Made by a program: the position numbers and the translations under genes
Shown: one piece after another, positions 32,720 through 41,001 of the stretch
Numbering within the stretch: the first letter of the stretch is position 1
How the letters are laid out: every line of letters begins with the position of its first letter
Assembly (NCBI GenBank): GCA_034005105.1
Contig: JAVEVJ010000001.1
Coordinates: 5,954 to 69,953, forward strand
Direction of reading: 5' to 3'
Length of the DNA stretch: 64,000 nt
From: Acholeplasmataceae bacterium
GTDB lineage: Bacteria > Bacillota_I > Bacilli_A > Acholeplasmatales > Acholeplasmataceae
The notes under the pieces: model-generated
Told to the model about the DNA's origin: nothing
The model's input: only the letters and a program-made list of their open reading frames with translations
Database searches by the model: none

Positions 32720-33812
32720 ACGCATTTTCAATGATGGCTGTAATGGGTACAAGCAAGAACGCTAACCACGAAATGTGGAAGAGTTGAAAGAAGTAACCAA
32801 TCGTAAAGAAGATAATCACAGCGATAAAGGGCATCAGTGCGGTCATTCTAAACCTATCAAAGAGGATGATGGCAGCAACAGGAATGAGCAAGAACACTTG
32901 CCAAGCCCAAGCCCAACCGTTTAAGGTAAAACCTAATACCAGAAAAATACCAGCGGCTAATACGACGAGTGATAACATCGTAATCGCTTTGGTTCGTTCG
33001 ACACCGGTTGGATAGCTCCATAAAAAACGAACATCACCAAGGATTAAACCCATCGCAAGTGGTAGAGCAAATCCGATAGCACCATATATCCATGATCCAT
33101 AGACATATCCCATGTAGAGATAAAAGGCAATCGCAACGATAAAGGATAATTCATAGACAATGACTTTTAAAACGCTTTTCTCATTGAGTATACCAAGCAT
33201 GGGGATGATTAAGAAAACTAACCAACCTGGATTCCATAACTGGTATTTAAATCCAAGAATAAGGAAAGCAAACAATGCAACAAATGGAGAAATAGCAACG
33301 GGTAATTCTTTTATTCGTGTATGCATGATAATAGCAACCACAGGAATCGATAGAAAGATTAGCCAACCCGGATGCCATAAATCAAAACCCCATCCTAATA
33401 TAAGAAAGATGATCACACTCAAAAAGGGCATTAAAGCAACAATTCCATCCTTAAGACGTGTCTGAAGTAGGATAGCAGACATTGGGATTGCAAGGAAAAC
33501 CAACCAACCCGGATGCCATAAATCTTGATAAAATCCTAATACAAAGAAAATGATTAAGCTAATAAACGGCATGACAGCGATGATTTTTGTCTTTATATTC
33601 TTTTCTTTTTTCTGCTGCAAGGTATCTCTTAACTCATGAGCAACCTCTTTAGGTGCTCCTAACATTTCACAAACCTCTTCGTCTGTTTTACCTGAAGCGA
33701 TTGCATCGTCATAGAGTTGAGCATAATCACTCAAAATCTCTTCGACATCTTTTTTACTTGCACCCATTTCCATGAGTACCTGTTTTAAACCATTTAAATA
33801 TTTAGCTTTCAT
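32718..33812 (-). CDS. DUF1700/HAAS-domain membrane protein with repeated 2-TM units
   Basis: N-terminal YLxxL...EEILSDY...GKTDEEVCEMLGAPKEVA; W[HN]PGWLxFLxIP repeats. Confidence 0.75.
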   Translation of the reverse strand: MKAKYLNGLKQVLMEMGASKKDVEEILSDYAQLYDDAIASGKTDEEVCEMLGAPKEVAHELRDTLQQKKEKNIKTKIIAVMPFISLIIFFVLGFYQDLWHPGWLVFLAIPMSAILLQTRLKDGIVALMPFLSVIIFLILGWGFDLWHPGWLIFLSIPVVAIIMHTRIKELPVAISPFVALFAFLILGFKYQLWNPGWLVFLIIPMLGILNEKSVLKVIVYELSFIVAIAFYLYMGYVYGSWIYGAIGFALPLAMGLILGDVRFLWSYPTGVERTKAITMLSLVVLAAGIFLVLGFTLNGWAWAWQVFLLIPVAAIILFDRFRMTALMPFIAVIIFFTIGYFFQLFHISWLAFLLVPITAIIENA

Positions 33813-34125
33813 TACTTGTCCCTCCTAAAAGCTTGAAGACGCCTTCTAAAAACGAGCGCCACTCGGTCTGATACTCACTGAGTTTATTTTGACCAAGTCC
33901 TGTTAAACGATAATACTTTCTGGGAGCACCGATATTTGTTTGTTCGACATATGTTTCAAATAATCCTTGTCCAGTCAGCCTTCTTAATATGGGGTATACA
34001 GTATTCTCATTGACATCGATTTCTTTAGCGAGTGAATCAATGACTTCAAAGCCATACATATCACGCTTAGAAATGATGGAAAGGATACACATTTCAAGGA
34101 TACCCTTTTTAAATTGAGTATTCAT
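33802..34125 (-). CDS. PadR-family transcriptional regulator
   Basis: QFKKGILEMCIL, MYGFEV, TVYPILRRL, PRKYYRLT. Confidence 0.92.
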   Translation of the reverse strand: MNTQFKKGILEMCILSIISKRDMYGFEVIDSLAKEIDVNENTVYPILRRLTGQGLFETYVEQTNIGAPRKYYRLTGLGQNKLSEYQTEWRSFLEGVFKLLGGTSNES

Positions 34126-34139
34126 AGAACCCTCCTTAC

Positions 34140-34185
34140 TGTGCTTTACACACTACTAGGATACACCAGTCCTGTGCAAAACACA
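34140..34185. promoter_or_regulatory. Two TGTG-N5-CACA inverted repeats, candidate PadR operator
   Basis: TGTGctttaCACA (34140-52) and TGTGcaaaaCACA (34173-85), 33 bp apart, just upstream of padR. Confidence 0.5.
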
Positions 34186-34244
34186 ATACCTAAAATAAAA
34201 AAAGTGAAAAAAGTGACATATGCTTGTTTTTTAACCTGTGAATG

Positions 34245-34253
34245 TGTTACTCT
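34245..34253 (+). promoter_or_regulatory. Extended -10 element of the aro leader/operon
   Basis: TGtTACTCT, with TTGTTT 18 bp upstream of the hexamer. Confidence 0.45.
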
Positions 34254-34280
34254 ATATGCAAACAAAGAAAGGTGATTTCA

Positions 34281-34328
34281 ATGTTTAATTTCTATCAGGC
34301 TGGTTATTATTATTACGCTTTTGTCTAA
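34281..34328 (+). CDS. Aromatic leader peptide MFNFYQAGYYYYAFV
   Basis: AAAGGTGA RBS, ATG...TAA, 5 Tyr (4 consecutive) and 3 Phe in 15 codons, directly upstream of aroF; not in the ORF track. Confidence 0.85.
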   Translation: MFNFYQAGYYYYAFV

Positions 34329-34392
34329 GGATTGCACCAGGCATTCCTTTTTCGAGTGAAATGAAGGAACAGCCAATTCATGACAAACGTTC

Positions 34393-34425
34393 ATCCTTGG
34401 GGTTCCTCAGGGATTTTTATTTTTT
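34393..34425 (+). terminator. Attenuator (terminator) hairpin in the aro leader
   Basis: ATCCTTGGG-GTTC-CTCAGGGAT 9-bp stem followed by TTTTATTTTTT, upstream of the aroF RBS. Confidence 0.8.
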
Positions 34426-34444
34426 ATCATAAGGAGAAATAAAT

Positions 34445-35464
34445 ATGATTGTTCAGATGAAAAAAGGCTCTACCAAAAAAGAATACGAAAAACTGATTGA
34501 ATTTCTAAGAGCTAAACAACTCGATATTAAAGATGTATCTTCAGATGAGGTACGCGTGTTTGGTATTATTGGGGACACTTCATCGCTTGATCCGAGTGAT
34601 CTTTATGCATTTGAAGGTGTCAAAGAAGTTACACGTGTTTCAACACCCTTTAAAAAAGCAAGCAGAAGTTTTAAGAAAACAGATACCATCATTCGTTTAT
34701 CCGAAGAGGTGATGATAGGTGGTGATCAGTTTGTTGTGATTGCTGGACCTTGCTCTGTTGAATCGGAAGAACAACTCAGAGTGATTGCTAAAGGCGTCAA
34801 AAAAGCTGGAGCACATATGCTCAGAGGTGGCGCATTTAAACCGAGAACATCTCCCTATGCTTTTCAAGGACTAGAAGTCGAAGGACTTAAGATATTACAT
34901 AAGATTGGACAAGAGATGGGATTAAAGATTGTAACTGAGATACCATCAGCTGATCTATTACCTCTTTTTGAAACCTATGTTGATGTGATTCAAGTCGGAG
35001 CAAGAAACATGCAAAATTTTCATCTTTTGAAAGCTTTAGGCAAATCAACGAAACCTATTTTGCTCAAGCGTGGTTTATCAGCAACCATTGAGGAGTGGTT
35101 GATGTCAGCCGAATATATCATGGCAGGTGGTAATGAGCAGGTCATCTTATGTGAACGTGGTATTCGTACCTATGAAAAATATACAAGAAATACACTCGAT
35201 ATTTCCTCTGTTTTAGCAGTTAAAGAGTTATCACATTTGCCCGTCATCGTCGATCCTTCACACGCTGCTGGTCGATGGAATATGATTGAAAAACTATCTT
35301 TAGCATCGTTAGCTGTTGGAGCACACGGTTTAATTGTTGAAGTCCACAATGATCCTGAACATGCTCTATCTGATGGAGCACAGAGTTTGAAAATATCCAA
35401 ATTTGTTGGCATGATGGAACAGCTTAAAAAAGTTGCTGATGTATTGGAGAAAAAGATCACATGA
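34445..35464 (+). CDS. aroF: DAHP synthase type I-beta with N-terminal regulatory domain
   Basis: IAGPCSVES, RGGAFKPRTSPY, QVGARNMQN, LLKRG, CERGIRT, DPSH, EVH. Confidence 0.95.
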   Translation: MIVQMKKGSTKKEYEKLIEFLRAKQLDIKDVSSDEVRVFGIIGDTSSLDPSDLYAFEGVKEVTRVSTPFKKASRSFKKTDTIIRLSEEVMIGGDQFVVIAGPCSVESEEQLRVIAKGVKKAGAHMLRGGAFKPRTSPYAFQGLEVEGLKILHKIGQEMGLKIVTEIPSADLLPLFETYVDVIQVGARNMQNFHLLKALGKSTKPILLKRGLSATIEEWLMSAEYIMAGGNEQVILCERGIRTYEKYTRNTLDISSVLAVKELSHLPVIVDPSHAAGRWNMIEKLSLASLAVGAHGLIVEVHNDPEHALSDGAQSLKISKFVGMMEQLKKVADVLEKKIT

Positions 35465-36291
35465 ACATTTTTATCGTAGGACTTGGTCTCATTGGAGCAT
35501 CCTATGCTTCAGGGCTTTCTAAAAAAGAACATAGGGTATATGGATATGATCAAAGTGAAAAGGTGATGCAACAAGCCATCGAGCAAGAGATCATCGAGCC
35601 ATCATCAAGCTTAGAAAAGATGAAAGAAGCAGATCTTATCATTTTAGCTCTGTATCCTAAGGAAAACGTTCAGTTTATCAAAAAGCATCATCATCTGTTG
35701 GTTTTTGGACAGGTTTTAACCGATGTCAGTGGAACCAAATCCAACATGATGAAAGGTATCCATAACCATTTACCCAAAGGTGTATCTTACACATCCCATC
35801 ATCCCATGGCAGGAAAAGAAAGTTCAGGATTTTCTAATCACAGTTCAACCCTTTTTGATGGAGCAAATTTAATCATCGTTAAAGGAGAAAGATCCTTACC
35901 AAAAGATGAATCTCTGATTCATCATATCGCAAAAGACTTGAACTTTGGTAAAATAATAGTAACAGATGCTTTAACACATGACAGACTGGTGGCATTTACC
36001 AGCCAGCTGACGCACATATTGGCCGTTTGCTTGATGCACGCTGATCACGATAAGGAAACTCAAAGTGCAACAGGAGATTCATTTAGAGATCTCACACGGA
36101 TTGCAAAAATCAATGAAATCATGTGGTCAGAACTCTTTATGGAAAACAAGGACTTGTTATTGATAATCATGGATAACTTTGAGCAAGAGTTTAAAAAAGT
36201 CAAAGAAATGATCGCATTAGGTGAGCATCATGCCTTAAGTACATATCTACGTCAAGCAAGAGAAAAGAGGGATTCTTTTGACATTCATTAA
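35461..36291 (+). CDS. tyrA: Prephenate dehydrogenase
   Basis: GLGLIG, DVSGTK, HPMAGKE, HDRLVAFTSQLTH, SFRDLTRIA. Confidence 0.92.
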   Translation: MNIFIVGLGLIGASYASGLSKKEHRVYGYDQSEKVMQQAIEQEIIEPSSSLEKMKEADLIILALYPKENVQFIKKHHHLLVFGQVLTDVSGTKSNMMKGIHNHLPKGVSYTSHHPMAGKESSGFSNHSSTLFDGANLIIVKGERSLPKDESLIHHIAKDLNFGKIIVTDALTHDRLVAFTSQLTHILAVCLMHADHDKETQSATGDSFRDLTRIAKINEIMWSELFMENKDLLLIIMDNFEQEFKKVKEMIALGEHHALSTYLRQAREKRDSFDIH

Positions 36292-37288
36292 AATGGCAGA
36301 TTATGATATCTTTATTGAACCTGGTGGACTCAGTCAATTACCTAAACTGATTCAAAAAGTACATAAAGGTAAAAATCTTTTCATTGTTACGGATCAAAAT
36401 CTCTATGATTTATACGCTCAAAATCTAAGCGATTGTTTGAGTGAATTTTTCGTTCGTTTTGTCTGTGTTAAACCAGGAGAAAAGAGTAAATCATTAACAA
36501 CCTATCAAAGTGTTATCAATACGTTCATTGAAATGGGTATTAAGCGAAGTGATATGATTGTGGCTTTTGGTGGTGGGGTCGTAGGTGATTTAGCAGGTTT
36601 TGTAGCAGCCACACTTTATCGTGGAATCCCCTTTATTCAAGTGCCAACTTCACTGCTTTCCATGGTTGATTCATCCATCGGTGGAAAGGTGGGTATTGAT
36701 CTTGAACAAGGCAAGAATCTGATTGGTACTTTTTACAATCCTAAATTTGTTTTCATTGACCCACACTTTTTAACCACACTACCCAAAAGAGATTATCATA
36801 ATGGATTGGCAGAAATGATTAAAGCGGGACTGATTAGGGATAAAAAACTATATCAGTTTCTGCTTGAATATGATACCGTAGGCGAAATTGAAATCGCACA
36901 AGCTATCCAGGTGAAAAGAGAACTAGTACTAAACGATCCAAAAGATCAAAACGAGCGCATGCTACTAAACTTTGGACATACCTTTGGTCATGCTATTGAA
37001 AAGAAACATCACTATGAAACCTATCTGCATGGTGAAGCGATCAGTTATGGAATGCTCATTGCACTTGAGGTTGGCGTGACACTGGGTGAAACCAAGGTTG
37101 AACTCTATGAAGAAGTTAAAAATTTATTGTTAAGAAGACAGCTTGTCAAACTACCTCTTTTAAAACAAGAAGACTACAGAGATCAAATTATTCATGATAA
37201 AAAATTTTTAGATGATGGTTTGCATTTTGTTATTGTGACGAAACCAGGAGATGCGAAAATTGTTGTCTTAAGACCTGAGGATCTCTAA
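36278..37288 (+). CDS. aroB: 3-dehydroquinate synthase
   Basis: GEKSKS, GGGVVGDLAGF, PTSLLSMVDSSIGGK, LNFGHTFGHAIE; start TTG 36278 or ATG 36293. Confidence 0.95.
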   Translation: MTFIKMADYDIFIEPGGLSQLPKLIQKVHKGKNLFIVTDQNLYDLYAQNLSDCLSEFFVRFVCVKPGEKSKSLTTYQSVINTFIEMGIKRSDMIVAFGGGVVGDLAGFVAATLYRGIPFIQVPTSLLSMVDSSIGGKVGIDLEQGKNLIGTFYNPKFVFIDPHFLTTLPKRDYHNGLAEMIKAGLIRDKKLYQFLLEYDTVGEIEIAQAIQVKRELVLNDPKDQNERMLLNFGHTFGHAIEKKHHYETYLHGEAISYGMLIALEVGVTLGETKVELYEEVKNLLLRRQLVKLPLLKQEDYRDQIIHDKKFLDDGLHFVIVTKPGDAKIVVLRPEDL

Positions 37289-38550
37289 TGAATGTGACGA
37301 TACAACCCACTCTGCTTAAAGGATCCATCGATAGCATCTCATCTAAATCACTTTCACATCGCTATGTCGTTGCAGCAGGACTTGCTAGAGGAACAAGCAT
37401 CATTCAAGAGGTTTTGGATTGTGATGATCTTATAGCAACCAAAGAAGCTCTCAAACACTTTGGCGTGTCATTTGATCGAGATCACATAACGGGTTCATCA
37501 TGGGAATATGATGGTCAACCTATCGATTGCAATGAATCTGGATCAACCCTACGCTTTCTAATACCTCTTGCCATGCTTCAAGATCAAGAGGTCCTATTTA
37601 AAGGTAGAGGGAACTTAGCAAATAGACCTTTAGATGTTTATCATGAACTTTTTACACCCATGGGAATATCCATGATAAGTCATGGTCAAGGTTCGCTTCC
37701 ATTATCAATTAAAGGGAAACTAAAAGGTGGGCATTTTCACATACAATCCAATATTTCATCTCAATTTATCACGGGATTACTCTTTTCACTCCCTTTACTT
37801 GAAAAAGATTCCATCATCCATTTTAATGAAATCCCTGTATCTAAAGGTTACATTGATCTAACCATGGATGTTTTAATGAAGTTTGGTATAGAAATTAAGC
37901 GCATAGACCAAGGTTATTTTATCCCTGGAAATCAAGTGTATAAACCTTTAAATGCTGTAGTTGAAGGTGATTATTCTCAAGCAGCCTTTTGGATGGTTGC
38001 AGGATTGATTGCCGGTGATATAAGAATCAATAAGTTGAATCCTCAAAGCAAACAAGGCGACCAACAGATCGTTGATATAATCAAAAGCATGCAGGGTTCT
38101 ATCACTTTTGATGAAAACCATCAAGGATATCAAATCAAACGATCAGAAACGAAAGCAACAACGATTGATTTAAAAGATATACCCGATTTAGGTCCCATTT
38201 TAATGGTGTTAGCTAGCCTATCTATAGGAACGACTCATATGATCAATGTTGATCGATTAATCATCAAGGAATCGAATAGACTAGAAGCTATGATACACGC
38301 TCTAACAAAACTTGGTATTAACATAAAGAGCGGACACAATGAGATATGGATAAACGGACAACAATCATTTATTGGTGATGTCACCTTATCTGGAGCATCT
38401 GATCATCGTATCGTGATGGCACTCTCCATTGCAGCACTTCGTGCAAGAGGACCCATCACCATCACAGATTGTGAAGCGATTAATAAATCCTATCCAACTT
38501 TTTTTGGAGATTTTCGACATTTAGGAGGTATCGTCCATGAATCTAAATGA
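37288..38550 (+). CDS. aroA: EPSP synthase
   Basis: SKSLSHR, CNESGSTLRF, SSQFITG, KESNR, DHRIVM, KSYP. Confidence 0.95.
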   Translation: MNVTIQPTLLKGSIDSISSKSLSHRYVVAAGLARGTSIIQEVLDCDDLIATKEALKHFGVSFDRDHITGSSWEYDGQPIDCNESGSTLRFLIPLAMLQDQEVLFKGRGNLANRPLDVYHELFTPMGISMISHGQGSLPLSIKGKLKGGHFHIQSNISSQFITGLLFSLPLLEKDSIIHFNEIPVSKGYIDLTMDVLMKFGIEIKRIDQGYFIPGNQVYKPLNAVVEGDYSQAAFWMVAGLIAGDIRINKLNPQSKQGDQQIVDIIKSMQGSITFDENHQGYQIKRSETKATTIDLKDIPDLGPILMVLASLSIGTTHMINVDRLIIKESNRLEAMIHALTKLGINIKSGHNEIWINGQQSFIGDVTLSGASDHRIVMALSIAALRARGPITITDCEAINKSYPTFFGDFRHLGGIVHESK

Positions 38551-38797
38551 ATTAAGAAAAGAAATTGATGACATCGATGATGCTATGATGGATCTCTTTA
38601 TCAAAAGAATGTCTATAACGAAGCAAATCGGTAAAATCAAACGTTCACTGAATTTACCGATTTATGATCCCGTTAGAGAAGAAGCGATACTTGAAAGAAG
38701 AGAAAAACAATTCAATGATCACATGCTTTGGCCATCCTATCGTGCATTTTTATTGAAGTTATTTGAGCTATCAAAGGATATTCAAAAAAATGAGTGA
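38537..38797 (+). CDS. Chorismate mutase (AroQ type II)
   Basis: LRKEIDDID...R...IGKIK, DPVRE; inside the aro operon. Confidence 0.9.
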   Translation: MNLNELRKEIDDIDDAMMDLFIKRMSITKQIGKIKRSLNLPIYDPVREEAILERREKQFNDHMLWPSYRAFLLKLFELSKDIQKNE

Positions 38798-39575
38798 TCG
38801 TTACGGGTTATTAGGTAAAAATATTACCTATAGCAAATCACCCAAAATTCACACATTAATGGCTAAACGACTCGGTATGGATATCACATATGATCTTTTA
38901 GATGTCTCAGAGGATGATCTACCTAAGTTCATCAAACAACTTCGTCAAGGAATCTTTAAAGGTTTTAATGTAACCATTCCCTATAAGCAGAAAATACTCC
39001 CCTTTTTAGATGAACTAACACCGAAAGCTAAACGTATTCGAGCGGTCAATACCATCTACTTGAAAAATGACAAAGTGATCGGTGATAATACGGATTACGA
39101 TGGGTTTTTGGGCTTGATTACGAAGCATCAAATTGATGTTAAAGATAAACAGGTTTGTATACTAGGATCTGGTGGTGCAGCCAAAGCAGTCTATACCGTC
39201 TTGTCTGATTTGGGTGCTCATATTGTCGTTGTCTCTAGACAGATAGAAGATCATGATCCTCTCTTTAAGAAGGTAATCACCTATGATGCGCTCAAACATC
39301 ATGCATGTGATATCTTTGTCCATACGACACCGATTGGTACAGCACCTAAAGTAGATGCATCTGTTTTATCCGCATCCGAAGTCAATCATGCACTGGTGAT
39401 CGATTTGATCTATCAACCTCCTGTGACCCAATTGATGCGCTTTGCAAAAGAAAGTTATAATGGTTTATACATGCTCATGATACAGGCATTAAAGAGTGAA
39501 GAAATTTGGTTTGATCGTAAAATTGATTTAAACGATCAACTGATGGAAATTCTAAAGGAAGTGATTTATCGATGA
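38790..39575 (+). CDS. aroE: Shikimate dehydrogenase
   Basis: SKSPKIH, GFNVTIPYK, AVNT, NTDYDG, GSGGAA, DLIY; start at ATG 38790. Confidence 0.93.
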   Translation: MSDRYGLLGKNITYSKSPKIHTLMAKRLGMDITYDLLDVSEDDLPKFIKQLRQGIFKGFNVTIPYKQKILPFLDELTPKAKRIRAVNTIYLKNDKVIGDNTDYDGFLGLITKHQIDVKDKQVCILGSGGAAKAVYTVLSDLGAHIVVVSRQIEDHDPLFKKVITYDALKHHACDIFVHTTPIGTAPKVDASVLSASEVNHALVIDLIYQPPVTQLMRFAKESYNGLYMLMIQALKSEEIWFDRKIDLNDQLMEILKEVIYR

Positions 39576-40558
39576 ATTCATTTGGAACACTTTTTCGTAT
39601 AACAGTATATGGTGAATCACATGGGAAGGCTATCGGTGTGATTATCGATGGTATGCCAGCAGGCATAAAAATCGACAGTGAAAGTATCATATTGGATATG
39701 CAAAAACGGAAACCTACACAGATGGGTTCTACACCGCGCAAAGAAGATGATGAAGTCAACATCATGAGTGGTGTATTTAATGGATATTCAACAGGAGCTC
39801 CGATCCATCTCATGATAGAAAACCACAATGTCAAATCTTCGGATTACGATGAACTCAAAGCCCATCCAAGACCTGGACACGCTGATTTTGTCGCAGAAAA
39901 AAAATATAGAGGCTTCCAAGATCATCGTGGAGGGGGTCATTTTTCAGGACGTCTCACGGCAGCTATAGTTGCTGCTGGTTCGATTGCTAAACAGATCATT
40001 CCCTTCAAACTATCACATCAAATCGTTCAAATAGGAGAAGAAAAAGATCCTAACAAATTTGCATCTTTAATACAAAGTGTTGCTGATGAAAAAGATTCTA
40101 TCGGAGGTATCATTGAAGTTAAAGTAACCAACATGCAAGTAGGTCTTGGTGAACCCATCTTTGATAAATTGGACGCTAAGATTGCTCAGATGATGTTTGC
40201 TATCCCTGCTGTCAAAGCACTCAATATCGGAACCGGTTTTAATGGTATACATTTAAGAGGAAGTTCTTTCAATGATAAAATCATTGATAATGAAGGAAAA
40301 ACAGAGACCAATCACAGTGGAGGTATCAGCGGAGGAATCTCCAATGGCAATGATCTCGTATTGACGGTCATGATAAAGCCAGCAGCTTCCATTGGAAAAG
40401 CTCAGATGACCTATCACCTAAAAAAGGATGACATGGAGTCACTTGAAGTAGTAGGTAGACACGATGCAGCTATTACACTTCGAGCGGGTATAGTTTTAGA
40501 AAATGCACTCGCTATAGTTCTCGCCGATCATTATCTCATATCCAAGGCTTATCAGTAG
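39572..40558 (+). CDS. aroC: Chorismate synthase
   Basis: GESHG, RPGHAD, GGGHFSGR, GGISGG, GRHD. Confidence 0.95.
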   Translation: MNSFGTLFRITVYGESHGKAIGVIIDGMPAGIKIDSESIILDMQKRKPTQMGSTPRKEDDEVNIMSGVFNGYSTGAPIHLMIENHNVKSSDYDELKAHPRPGHADFVAEKKYRGFQDHRGGGHFSGRLTAAIVAAGSIAKQIIPFKLSHQIVQIGEEKDPNKFASLIQSVADEKDSIGGIIEVKVTNMQVGLGEPIFDKLDAKIAQMMFAIPAVKALNIGTGFNGIHLRGSSFNDKIIDNEGKTETNHSGGISGGISNGNDLVLTVMIKPAASIGKAQMTYHLKKDDMESLEVVGRHDAAITLRAGIVLENALAIVLADHYLISKAYQ

Positions 40559-40572
40559 ATAAGTCTTTTTTT
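40544..40572 (+). terminator. Terminator of the aro operon
   Basis: AAGGCTTATC-AGTA-GATAAGTCTT stem plus T run. Confidence 0.8.
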
Positions 40573-40573
40573 C

Positions 40574-40633
40574 TTTACAAAATAAAAAATATAGAGTATG
40601 ATATATATGAACATATGAGCAAACGTTCATATA
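40574..40633 (+). promoter_or_regulatory. Sigma70 promoter and ArsR/SmtB operator of cadCA
   Basis: TTTACA-N17-TATGAT, followed by the TATATGAAC/GTTCATATA inverted repeat and overlapping ATATGA-N8-TCATAT. Confidence 0.75.
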
Positions 40634-40643
40634 AGGAGGCAAC

Positions 40644-41000
40644 ATGAACATTGATCGCTGTGAATCAACTGTGATTCATCCAGAAAAAATAGAAGAAGTC
40701 AAGAGCAATCTTTTAGAGGATAAGAGTTTAATGAGATTATCCAATCTATTCAAAGTGATCGCAGATCCTACACGTATTAAAATATTGTACGCACTTGAAC
40801 AACAAGAACTCTGTGTCTGCGATATATCAGTTATTTTAGATATGACACAAAGTGCTATCTCGCATCAATTGAAAACACTCAGATTGAGCAACTTAGTCTA
40901 TAGTCGAAAAGAAGGTAAAACTGTCTTCTACCGCTTAGCTGATGAACACGTTCAAAAGATTTTTAGACAAGCACTTGATCATGTTTTGGAGGATAACTAA
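40644..41000 (+). CDS. ArsR/SmtB-family metal-responsive repressor (CadC/ZiaR-like)
   Basis: DPTRIKIL, ELCVCDI, QSAISHQL, DEHV...DHV. Confidence 0.9.
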   Translation: MNIDRCESTVIHPEKIEEVKSNLLEDKSLMRLSNLFKVIADPTRIKILYALEQQELCVCDISVILDMTQSAISHQLKTLRLSNLVYSRKEGKTVFYRLADEHVQKIFRQALDHVLEDN

Positions 41001-41001
41001 C

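Noticed and set aside
34330-34425. T-box or TRAP control of the aro operon
   Set aside because: No GGTGGNACC T-box antiterminator sequence and no (G/U)AG repeat series. The leader-peptide model explains the region.
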